DNA from: Spirochaetota bacterium | GTDB taxonomy: Bacteria > Spirochaetota > UBA4802 > UBA5550 | Direction: 5' to 3' | Assembly (NCBI GenBank): GCA_963664815.2 | Contig: CAXXHB010000003.1 | Span: forward strand, 2,208,001-2,272,000 | DNA: 64,000 bases | Part shown: one piece after another, positions 47,181 through 56,377 of the stretch | Layout of the letters: each line of letters opens with the position of its first letter | Position numbering within the stretch: the stretch's first letter is position 1 | The notes under the pieces: model-generated | What the model saw: the letters and a program-made list of their open reading frames with translations, nothing else | Database searches by the model: none | Told to the model about the DNA's origin: nothing | Position numbers and translations under genes: made by a program

Positions 47181-48209
47181 TCACCGGGTGACAACAATAC
47201 GGAAACCAAGGCCATATCCGGAATCCGTGGGGCTGCTGTTGGTTCTGGAGGGTAAAAGAATATCTTTTTCTTCACCCAGGAAAGGGCCGCCGCGTTTGGA
47301 GCGATAAGTCCCATATGCCGGACCTGTCGGATTAATTGTCGGACTTTCAGAATAATATTTTTCACTGTACCAGTCCATACACCACTCATTGACATTTCCA
47401 ATCATATCGTATAAACCGAAAGCATTCGGTTTCTTCTCTCCGACAGGATGTGTTTTACGTTCAGAATTTGCAAGGTACCAGCAGTAATCACCGTTCAATT
47501 CATCTCCCCAGTAGAATTTTGTAGTTGTACCGGCACGGCAGGCATATTCCCATTCTGCCTCGTATGGCAATCTTACCTTCACATTATACTTTTCGCCGAA
47601 TTTTTTACAGAACTCCATTGCATTGTTCCAGGTTACCTTTTCAACGGGGAGATTATCACCTTTGGAATTACTCGGGTTTGTTCCCATAATCTCCTGATAC
47701 TGCTTCTGGGTAATCTCATATTTATCAATCCAGAAACCATCCACTGTAACCTGATGAACAGGTTTTTCATCAGGATTGCCGGTATCCGAACCCATCATAA
47801 ATGTTCCACCCTTGATATATACCATCTCTACATTTCCGATCTTCTCAACCGCTCCCAGTTTAGCGGTTAAACTTTTATTCTTGTCAGGTTTGACATCTGT
47901 GTTTACATCATCTTTGCTGAATCTGGAAACCGTCATTCCCTTATTCAGACTGGCCGGCTTACCCTTCCCTTTTATCCTGCATTTTGCAACTGTCTGCATT
48001 GGAAATGTCACCTCCAGTTCCAACTTGCCGTTTTCAGTTTCAACCTGAAGCCGGTCGCCAATTTTTATATCCGTTCCGGGCTTTACATTTACTATAACTT
48101 CTTTGCCGGCAGGGTTTATACTGCCTATTTCACCAATTTTGTTCCCTGCTGCAGCTGATATTCCAGTCAGCAGTAACACCATGAATACATACAAAAAAAC
48201 TCTTCTCAT
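47181..48209 (-). CDS. FGE-sulfatase (SUMF1/C-type lectin fold) domain secreted protein
   Basis: GGAG RBS before ATG 48209; signal peptide; GGTFMMGS, EKPVHQV, RLPYEAEWEYACRAG, NAFGLYDMIGNVNEWC, GFR. Confidence 0.9.
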   Translation of the reverse strand: MRRVFLYVFMVLLLTGISAAAGNKIGEIGSINPAGKEVIVNVKPGTDIKIGDRLQVETENGKLELEVTFPMQTVAKCRIKGKGKPASLNKGMTVSRFSKDDVNTDVKPDKNKSLTAKLGAVEKIGNVEMVYIKGGTFMMGSDTGNPDEKPVHQVTVDGFWIDKYEITQKQYQEIMGTNPSNSKGDNLPVEKVTWNNAMEFCKKFGEKYNVKVRLPYEAEWEYACRAGTTTKFYWGDELNGDYCWYLANSERKTHPVGEKKPNAFGLYDMIGNVNEWCMDWYSEKYYSESPTINPTGPAYGTYRSKRGGPFLGEEKDILLPSRTNSSPTDSGYGLGFRIVVTR

Positions 48210-48611
48210 AGAAAGTAACTCCATAAATAATAAAAATTTATAATAAAAACTCCTAAACTTTTTATAATATAAATATTCTATTTTCAACACTACCAAAGGT
48301 GACGTTTAAGAATTAATCGTTCATTATAAACTAAAAAACATCTCAGGTAATTAATGCTGAATGAATTTATAATTACAAGGCACCATGATTTTCTGTTTGT
48401 CAATAATGATTTTTCTTTCAGCCCCACTTTGCATGCGAATCAATTGTTTTGATATATTACTTATTGATTTGACAACATTATAACCGGAATAATTTCTTCA
48501 ACGACACCGGCAATGCCGCTGATAACCGACGGAATGATAAAAGCAGTTACATTATATTTTTTATTTGACGCTGAGGATTAACTTCATATTATTATATCAG
48601 AGAGGATAATT

Positions 48612-48911
48612 ATGAAAAAAACAGCATTAATACTCATCAGTCTTGCAATGATTCTTCAGGTCATTCAGTGTTCTTCAACAACGTCATCTACTAAACCGAA
48701 AGCAGCACCGGCAGATCCGGTTGTCGAAGCATGTAAAAAGGACTGTACTGCCGCATATGGACAGTGTATTCAGAAAGCCGGCAAAAATGAATCTAAAAAA
48801 ACAGCCTGCACCAATACCATGGTTAACTGTTCTGCAAAGTGCGATACAAAAGCAAAAGGCTATAAAAAACCGGAACCAGCCGGCAAGTACCATAAATCAC
48901 CCGAAATATAA
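48612..48911 (+). CDS. Small Cys-rich lipoprotein
   Basis: GAGGA RBS; lipobox-like VIQC; C-x3-C-x6-C...C-x6-C-x3-C helical hairpin pattern. Confidence 0.7.
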   Translation: MKKTALILISLAMILQVIQCSSTTSSTKPKAAPADPVVEACKKDCTAAYGQCIQKAGKNESKKTACTNTMVNCSAKCDTKAKGYKKPEPAGKYHKSPEI

Positions 48912-49127
48912 CATTGTTTTTCACAGCATATTGCTTCACCGCCAGTCTGCGGCGAAGCAGTTTTTTCTGACCAAAGTTTTTAAAACCACAAAGAGTCTTA
49001 AAAAACATTCCGGACAATAAAACCGCATTTATGATCATTTTATCATTGACAACAGCGTGTTGAAAAAAGGTAATTTTCATAAATTCTTTAATAATCAACA
49101 TGGCCTGATTTAATGGAGGATTATGTA

Positions 49128-49718
49128 ATGTTAAAAAATACATTTATAATAATCTGTCTTGTCATACTCCTCTCATCCGCAGCAAATGCCGATACCGGTA
49201 TCAGTGTCGAGGCATTTTACAAAAACATCACTTTAATCGATGCAAAGAATCAGAATGGAGGGGGCGGCACCATTCTGATTGACATGAACAGCCAGACCAA
49301 AGCTGCATTCAGCGGATCATACACTGCATATAAAGAAACCAGTAATATTGCAAGAAAAGACTTTGATGTCAGTTATTCACACGCGACATACTTTATAGGT
49401 ATTTTATATGAACCCCCTGTCGAATTTCTTGAAAGACACAATTTTGTATGGAGAAATTCCCTGTATGGCGGATACAGCAGAACTGAAGTGAAAATTGAGG
49501 GGTTGAAGGATGCCTCTGCTGAAGATTCAGGTTTTGCCATGGCGCTTAACACAGGAATAGGTTATAACCTTACACAGCATATCCAGCTTTTCGCAGATGC
49601 AGGGTGGCAGCATTCCTTTTATCAGGGTGACCTGAATGATTCCAATATCAGCGGCTTCCAGGTATTTGCCGGGGTAAGATATTCATTATCCGGTTCAAAA
49701 TCACTGGAGGATTATTGA
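49128..49718 (+). CDS. Outer-membrane beta-barrel protein (OmpA/porin-like)
   Basis: GGAGG RBS; signal peptide ending ANA; amphipathic strands GIGYNLT..IQLFADAGW and FAGVRY. Confidence 0.7.
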   Translation: MLKNTFIIICLVILLSSAANADTGISVEAFYKNITLIDAKNQNGGGGTILIDMNSQTKAAFSGSYTAYKETSNIARKDFDVSYSHATYFIGILYEPPVEFLERHNFVWRNSLYGGYSRTEVKIEGLKDASAEDSGFAMALNTGIGYNLTQHIQLFADAGWQHSFYQGDLNDSNISGFQVFAGVRYSLSGSKSLEDY

Positions 49719-49720
49719 TT

Positions 49721-50815
49721 ATGAACAGAATATTAAATAAAACCGTAATAATCATCTCTTTATCCGCTGCAGTTTTTATTATATTGTCATGTGACGGTGC
49801 CTTTGATGCTGCAAAGCAGAAACTGCTGGCTGACGGCCTTATATTATCGGGAGCAGTTAACACCTTCGCGGGATCAGGCACTGCCGGATTCACTGACGGC
49901 ACAGGAACATCTGCAACTTTTAATCAGCCCTGGGGTATAACTTCAGACGGAACAAATTTATATGTGACGGAATTTTTAAATCACAGTATCAGGAAGGTAG
50001 TAATTGCTACCGGAGCGGTAACAACCCTTGCCGGAACAGGATCTTCCGGAAGTACAGACGGCACAGGAACTGCCGCCAGCTTTAATTATCCTGAAGGTAT
50101 TACTACAGATGGATTGAATTTGTATGTATGTGACAGCGCCAATAACAAACTAAGGAAGGTAGTAATCTCAACCGGCGAGGTTACCACATTTGCAGGAACA
50201 GGCACCGCGGCGAGTGTTGACGGCACAGGAACATCCGCAAGTCTTAACAATCCAAGTGCATTAACAACTGACGGAACAAACCTCTATGTTGTAGATTGGG
50301 GGAGCAGTAATATCAGGAAGATAGTGATAACAACCGCTGTGGTAACAACAATTGCCGGGGCAGGATCTGCCGGAAGCTCTGACGGCACAGGAACTGCTGC
50401 CAGTTTTAGTTCCCCCGAGGGAATAGTTACAGATGGAGTAAATCTCTATGTGAGCGATAGTTACAATTATAAAATAAGAAAAATAGTAATATCTACCGGT
50501 GTGGTAACAACATTTGCCGGGACAGGTTCTGCGGCGAGCGTTGACGGCACGGGGACATCCGCAAGCTTTAATCGTCCAGGCCAGATAATTGAAGATGGCG
50601 TTAATCTGTATGTAACCGACAGATACGGATATAAAATAAGAAAGATAGTTATATCCACCGGTGTTGTGACAACTGTTGCAGGATCAGGTACTGCGGCCAG
50701 CGTTGACGGCACAGGAGCATCCGCAAGCTTTAATCTGCCAACCGGTATAGCATCAGACGGTATATTTCTTTATGTTGCTGACACTAATGGCTATAAAATC
50801 AGGGTAATACAGTAA
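49721..50815 (+). CDS. NHL-repeat beta-propeller lipoprotein
   Basis: Lipobox ILSC; six ~54-aa repeats 'AGxGxAGSxDGTGTxASFNxPxGITxDGxNLYVxDxxNxKIRKIVIxTGxVTT'. Confidence 0.88.
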   Translation: MNRILNKTVIIISLSAAVFIILSCDGAFDAAKQKLLADGLILSGAVNTFAGSGTAGFTDGTGTSATFNQPWGITSDGTNLYVTEFLNHSIRKVVIATGAVTTLAGTGSSGSTDGTGTAASFNYPEGITTDGLNLYVCDSANNKLRKVVISTGEVTTFAGTGTAASVDGTGTSASLNNPSALTTDGTNLYVVDWGSSNIRKIVITTAVVTTIAGAGSAGSSDGTGTAASFSSPEGIVTDGVNLYVSDSYNYKIRKIVISTGVVTTFAGTGSAASVDGTGTSASFNRPGQIIEDGVNLYVTDRYGYKIRKIVISTGVVTTVAGSGTAASVDGTGASASFNLPTGIASDGIFLYVADTNGYKIRVIQ

Positions 50816-50994
50816 TCCGCATTTATATGTTATGCTTTAACCTTGAAGTATTTAATAAAAGCCTATAATCACCGGGAAAAATCATATAATCCATAAGCTA
50901 CTCCTCACCAGGTAACCACATATGTTCCACCATGGGGCCTTATGACGCGATATTGGCAGTTATAAGTTTTTCGTTAAATAAAATAAAATAAAAT

Positions 50995-51093
50995 AAAAAA
51001 CCCGGCATTAAACCGGGCAACAGAGGAGGAGCTTTACAGGAAGATTTTTTTATTCTTTACCATTTATATTGCATTACATTCATGCTCTTTATA
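50995..51093 (-). ncRNA. Candidate small RNA with anti-SD-like CUCCUCCUC and intrinsic terminator
   Basis: Minus-strand promoter TTGACA(51127-51122)-16-TATTAT with TG extension; terminator cccgg/ccggg + T-run at 51017-50995; no real ORF. Confidence 0.45.
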
Positions 51094-51593
51094 CGTGACA
51101 TAATATCAAACACTTTTAAAATGTCAATTATATAACTATACTCCATAAAAAAAATTACTTTTTTCATAAAAAATTACCGTTAATTCTATAAATAGAAATT
51201 GTTTTTAAAGAATCCCGGGTGGAACTTTTTATTAATTTAATGGGCCGTAATATATCAGCGACAGCATAACAATGAAATTTTTTACATAGTCTGTATATAG
51301 CCCGTTATTTATAAACTCATTTTATTATTTACTGATGCAGTTTGTACCGGATTTCATTATAATTTTTTAACGAAAAGAGTTTGACTTTATACAGGATTGT
51401 AATATTTAATTTTTTGTACCTAAGTTTATATATTTGATTTACCGGTTAATCAGTCCAAGATGTTTGGTAATATTCAGTACGAATAACACTGAGAAGTACT
51501 TATGGAATTAATACATTTTTTTACATAATCCTGACTCATTCTTTATAAGCATTTACTATCTTGAAAATCTGTAAATAAAACAGGAGTACAAGA

Positions 51594-54500
51594 ATGGCAG
51601 CTATTAATATTTTTAAGAAAGGAATATGGGTTTTAATATCGTTTATTGCCGCTGTTTCTCTTTCGGTAATTGCAGGATTCCTGAACCCCGGAGAAAAGGT
51701 TAATGCAATCTGGCTTATTGTTGCTACTGTATGTATATTCGTAATTACTTACAGATTTTACGCTGCATTTCTTGCCTCAAAGGTTCTGGTTTTTGATGAA
51801 ACAAAAAAAATGCCCTCTGAAACAGTGAATGACGGTGTAGATTACTACCCCATGAATAAATGGGTTCTGTTCGGGCATCATTTCGCAGCTATTGCCGGGG
51901 CCGGACCTCTTATAGGGCCGACGCTTGCCGCACAGTTCGGTTATCTTCCCGGGTTTCTCTGGATACTTGTAGGGGCGACTCTTGCAGGAGCCGTCCATGA
52001 CATGGTCATTCTGGCGGCATCAGCACGGCATAACGGACAATCACTTGCCCAGATTGTAAGAGATGAGATAGGAACCTTAAGCGGATTTGTTCTTGCCCTG
52101 ATCATTATCTTCAATGTTGTAGTTGCTGTCGCCGGAGCCGCACTCTCTGTCGTTAATTCACTCAACATGAACTCCTGGGGAACCTTTACACTCCTTATTA
52201 CTTTCCCGATTGCAATCTTTATGGGAATCTATATGCACTTCCTCAGAAAGGGTAAAATCATGGAGGTCAGCATTATTGGCGCATTGCTGCTTCTTGTTGC
52301 AGTATTCCTCGGAAGCCGCATGCCGGGATCTTCATTAGCTCCATTTTTTACAATTGATAAAAACAGACTTATTATTTACCTTGGTATCCTCTGCTTCATA
52401 TCCTCTGCCCTGCCCATATGGCTTCTTCTGGTACCCAGGGATTATATTTCAGCATACCTTAAAGTCGGAACATTTCTTCTGCTGGCTGTTGCCATAGCCA
52501 TAAACATGCCGGTTCTGGAGATGCCGAAAACGACACAGTATATAGCAGGCGGGGGACCAATCGTCCCGGGAACACTCTTCCCTTTTCTTTTTATTACGAT
52601 AGCCTGCGGGGCAATTTCAGGATTTCACGGACTTATATCCTCCGGCACTACGCCGAAAATGATCAAATCAGAAAAGGATATACCCCTTATAGGTTTCGGT
52701 TCAATGCTCGTTGAGGGGTTTGTTGCCGTCATAGCCCTTATTGCAGCATCCATACTCATACCTGGCGATTATTTTGCCATGAACACAAAACTCTCACCCG
52801 AGATACTCTCTTCAATGGGATTTCCCATATCTAAAATACAGGAACTATCACAGACAATAGGACTGCAGCTTCAGGGAAGACCGGGTGGAGCAGTCTCCAT
52901 AGCTGCCGGAATGTCGGTACTTCTGTCATCTCTTTTCGGTGGAAAAGCGTCACTGCCCTACTGGTATAATTATTCACTGATGTTCATCGCGCTTTTCATT
53001 CTTACACTTGTAGATGCCGGAACCAGGGTCGGCCGTTTTATGCTTCAGGAGATAGGAGGGACAATCTATAAGCCCTTTTCAAATCACCAGAATGAGTTTA
53101 ATATTATCATTACAAGTCTTATCATAGTTCTTATGTGGTGTTACCTGCTTTTTACAGGAAACATCTCCACCATATGGCCGATGTTCGGCATCGCCAACCA
53201 GATCCTTGCGGCTACCGCCCTTGGTGTAGGCACCACGCTTTTAATCAAGTCTGACAAGGTTAAATATATCTGGATAACTGTACTGCCGATGTTGTTCATG
53301 CTTATAACTTCATACATCGCGGCATGGCAGCTTGTATTTATATTTTTTGAAAATGCCTCAAAATCCCCGAATCCTTCAGATGCCTTTCATCTGAGGATGA
53401 ATGCATCGCTTATTATTTTTATAGCAGTTCTCGGGATTATCGTTATTGCAGATCTCTTTTACAAATGGCACGGTTATTTTAAAACCGGTACAGATATAAA
53501 CCTTAAGGATCTTTTTATCCGGCTTAAAAACAATATTATCAGCAGAATCCCGAAAAGGACCAGCATCCTTGCAAAGCTGCTGTCATTTCTTATTGCCACA
53601 CTTATCATCAGTTTCGCAGTAATTTACTTTATTTTTAACGTTTCATTTTCAGGATACAGCGAATATGTAATGAAGAAATCTGAAGCACTTCTTATGGAAA
53701 AATACAGCTACATGCTGCAGAACAACACCGAAATGGCAGTGTCTCTTGTGTCTTCAATATATAAACAGAAGAATATATCCGAAGCGCAGAAACTCAAACT
53801 CTCACAGGAATTGGTCAGACAGCTCCGCTATGGCAACGACGGTTATTACTATGCTTATGAAAACAGTACCGGAAAAAACCTTATACATGGTTTGAATAAA
53901 AATCTTGAAGGGAAAAACCTCTGGAATATGCAGGACCCTGCCGGTAAACAGTATATTATAAGGGAGCTTGACGATGTGGCAAAAAACAATAAAGTTTTTC
54001 TTGAATTTTTCTGGAGCAAGCCCGGCGTGGAAGGTATTTACCCGAAACTTGGAACTGCTATGAACGTTCCCGGAACCAATATGTGGCTTGGTACCGGCGC
54101 TTATATTGACGATATAAACAAAAGTAAAACCGAGTTAAGGGCAGCCATTAATAAAATAACCGCCGGGACAAGGCTCAACTTTCTTCTGGGATTTCTTATT
54201 ATTACACCAATCGCGATAATGATTATTATATTTCTTTCAAGAAATATCACTAATCCCATCAAGCACCTTATTACCTCCACCGAAGCGGTATCATCGGGGA
54301 ATTATAACGTAAAAATTGATGCCAGGACTCATGACGAGATAGGCAAACTTGCTGTTACCTTTAACAGCATGACTGTTACCCTGAAGGATCTCACCGAAAA
54401 CCTTGAGCTTAAAGTGGAGGAAAGGACCTCTGAGCTTCAGGAAACCATGAACAAGCTCAACGAAATGAATACTATACTCGGTTCACTTTCAGATAAGCTG

Positions 54501-55691
54501 TCAAAATATATTCCTCCTCAGCTACGGGAGATGATTTTCAACGGAAAGCAGGAGGCAAAGATCGCCTCTTCAAGAAAGAAACTTACAGTATTTTTTTCAG
54601 ATATCAAGAATTTCACACAGACAACAGAGAGAATGGAAACCGAATCACTTACGGATCTTCTCAACAGTTACCTCAACGAAATGTCACAGATTGCAATAAA
54701 GCATGGCGCTACAATAGATAAATTCGTCGGTGATGCCATTCTTGTATTTTTCGGCGATCCTGAAACAAGGGGTGAGCAGAAAGATGCTGTAGCCGCCGTT
54801 GATATGGCGCTGGAGATGAAGTCACGGCTGAGATATTTACAGACCCAGTGGTATGAGAAAGGTATAGTGGAACCATTCCATGTCCGCATGGGTATAAATA
54901 CAGGATACTGTACTGTGGGTAATTTCGGCAGCGATGCAAGAATGTCATATACCATTATCGGTTCTCAGGTAAACCTGGCCAGCAGGCTTGAAAGCTCATC
55001 AGAACCGGACAACGTGCTTATTTCTCACGAAACATATTCACTTGTTTCACATAAATACTACTGCCTTGAGAAAGAGGGTATCATGGTTAAGGGGATAGAC
55101 CACCCCATTAAAACGTACCAGGTTGTTGATTCACATGAGAATCTTAAAAAACAAAACAGGCTGATCGAAGAACGTACAACAGGATTCAATATCAGCCTTG
55201 ACCTTGAAAACATGAGAACAGAAAACAGGGGAAAGGCACGCAGGGTACTAACAGAAGCTCTTCAGCTGCTTGGCGAAGCGGAAGGGGAACCGCTTAATAT
55301 GATTGTTTCCAGTGTAATTAAAACAGTAAAAAAAGAGACCATATCATTAAACAGCGGATTTTCAGTGGATACCGGTGATTTGATATTTCCGGGTGACGCA
55401 TCCACCCTTTCCGCAATACTTCATGATCTGGTTTATAATGCAGTTCTTCTTTCGGGAGATGAAGGCAATATAACAATAAGCGCCGAAGCCGAAAATGGTT
55501 CAACAGTGATACGGATAACAGATTCAGGTCAATGGCTTGACAGGGACGATATTAAAAGCCTTTTTGCCGATGGAGATACACCAGGGAGTTTATCAGGCAT
55601 TAAAGCAGGAATCAGAAAACTTAACGGACACATATCCTCAAAACGCAACCATGAAGGGGGTAATATATTTATTCTGACAATACCCGGCTGA
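51594..55691 (+). CDS. cstA: Carbon starvation protein A (CstA/BtsT-family transporter) fused to Cache-HAMP-class III adenylate cyclase and a degenerate HATPase domain
   Basis: CstA motifs VLFGHHFAAIAGAGPLIGP, PRDY, FITIACGAISGFH, SSGTTPKM, DAGTRVGRF, IWPMFGIANQ. Then TM-Cache-TM, HAMP (DEIGKLAVTFNSM) and cyclase motifs FFSDIKNFT, DKFVGDA, RMGINTG, YTIIGSQVNLASRLE. One uninterrupted ORF. Confidence 0.9.
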   Translation: MAAINIFKKGIWVLISFIAAVSLSVIAGFLNPGEKVNAIWLIVATVCIFVITYRFYAAFLASKVLVFDETKKMPSETVNDGVDYYPMNKWVLFGHHFAAIAGAGPLIGPTLAAQFGYLPGFLWILVGATLAGAVHDMVILAASARHNGQSLAQIVRDEIGTLSGFVLALIIIFNVVVAVAGAALSVVNSLNMNSWGTFTLLITFPIAIFMGIYMHFLRKGKIMEVSIIGALLLLVAVFLGSRMPGSSLAPFFTIDKNRLIIYLGILCFISSALPIWLLLVPRDYISAYLKVGTFLLLAVAIAINMPVLEMPKTTQYIAGGGPIVPGTLFPFLFITIACGAISGFHGLISSGTTPKMIKSEKDIPLIGFGSMLVEGFVAVIALIAASILIPGDYFAMNTKLSPEILSSMGFPISKIQELSQTIGLQLQGRPGGAVSIAAGMSVLLSSLFGGKASLPYWYNYSLMFIALFILTLVDAGTRVGRFMLQEIGGTIYKPFSNHQNEFNIIITSLIIVLMWCYLLFTGNISTIWPMFGIANQILAATALGVGTTLLIKSDKVKYIWITVLPMLFMLITSYIAAWQLVFIFFENASKSPNPSDAFHLRMNASLIIFIAVLGIIVIADLFYKWHGYFKTGTDINLKDLFIRLKNNIISRIPKRTSILAKLLSFLIATLIISFAVIYFIFNVSFSGYSEYVMKKSEALLMEKYSYMLQNNTEMAVSLVSSIYKQKNISEAQKLKLSQELVRQLRYGNDGYYYAYENSTGKNLIHGLNKNLEGKNLWNMQDPAGKQYIIRELDDVAKNNKVFLEFFWSKPGVEGIYPKLGTAMNVPGTNMWLGTGAYIDDINKSKTELRAAINKITAGTRLNFLLGFLIITPIAIMIIIFLSRNITNPIKHLITSTEAVSSGNYNVKIDARTHDEIGKLAVTFNSMTVTLKDLTENLELKVEERTSELQETMNKLNEMNTILGSLSDKLSKYIPPQLREMIFNGKQEAKIASSRKKLTVFFSDIKNFTQTTERMETESLTDLLNSYLNEMSQIAIKHGATIDKFVGDAILVFFGDPETRGEQKDAVAAVDMALEMKSRLRYLQTQWYEKGIVEPFHVRMGINTGYCTVGNFGSDARMSYTIIGSQVNLASRLESSSEPDNVLISHETYSLVSHKYYCLEKEGIMVKGIDHPIKTYQVVDSHENLKKQNRLIEERTTGFNISLDLENMRTENRGKARRVLTEALQLLGEAEGEPLNMIVSSVIKTVKKETISLNSGFSVDTGDLIFPGDASTLSAILHDLVYNAVLLSGDEGNITISAEAENGSTVIRITDSGQWLDRDDIKSLFADGDTPGSLSGIKAGIRKLNGHISSKRNHEGGNIFILTIPG

Positions 55692-55806
55692 CGTTTCTGT
55701 CAGCCTCATTGTCATCACGGGTTACTTAAAATATTCCGCCATCATCAGACAGAATATGTTTTTTATTTAAAACAAACCAAAATATTCCGGTATTTATACA
55801 GCCGGC

Positions 55807-56160
55807 CTATTTTGGTTTTGTTGTTTTTTCCCCGGACAAATCCTTCGGCAATTCTTCAGGCAGCTCTTCCATAATCAAAGTTCCATTTCCCTGGATATCA
55901 ACAGCCCTTTTTGTATCCATATCGAGAATTGTTATGTCAAGAATTCCGGATTCATCATCATGCGTGCGGGAAATGGAACATTTAATATTCTTTGAAAAAA
56001 GAAGCTCCCCGTTATTATTATAATACTTTACAGATCTTAAAATTCCTTTATCCTTCTCTAAATCAGATCTATACTCCAGGATATCTTCCTTCTTACTGCA
56101 GGATGATATAATTAATACTGCCGGCATTAACAATAATAAAATATTCCTTTTTATATTCAT
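55807..56160 (-). CDS. Hypothetical lipoprotein
   Basis: Signal peptide with lipobox ISSC. Confidence 0.65.
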   Translation of the reverse strand: MNIKRNILLLLMPAVLIISSCSKKEDILEYRSDLEKDKGILRSVKYYNNNGELLFSKNIKCSISRTHDDESGILDITILDMDTKRAVDIQGNGTLIMEELPEELPKDLSGEKTTKPK

Positions 56161-56377
56161 CTACTTTCCCTTCCCGGTGTATTTTTTTAAACGGAAATAA
56201 AGCATCAGAACTATTTTTTTATTAAAACATGCTGTCAAGTAATTAAATTGCCTTTTTTAATCCGGTATTTGCGATAAAACCGGCATATGTTTACCATGGT
56301 CAATAGCTTCAGATGCTGCTTTTAAATACCTCCATCATATTTAACTAATCTATCTTAATATTTTCATTTAAAAAACA

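Noticed and set aside
49860-50800. Regularly spaced DNA repeats as a possible CRISPR array
   Set aside because: The ~162-bp period lies in frame within an ORF and encodes NHL repeats; no unique spacers or cas genes.
50895-50965. GC-richer patch after the NHL gene as a possible riboswitch
   Set aside because: No recognisable aptamer consensus or convincing helices on either strand.
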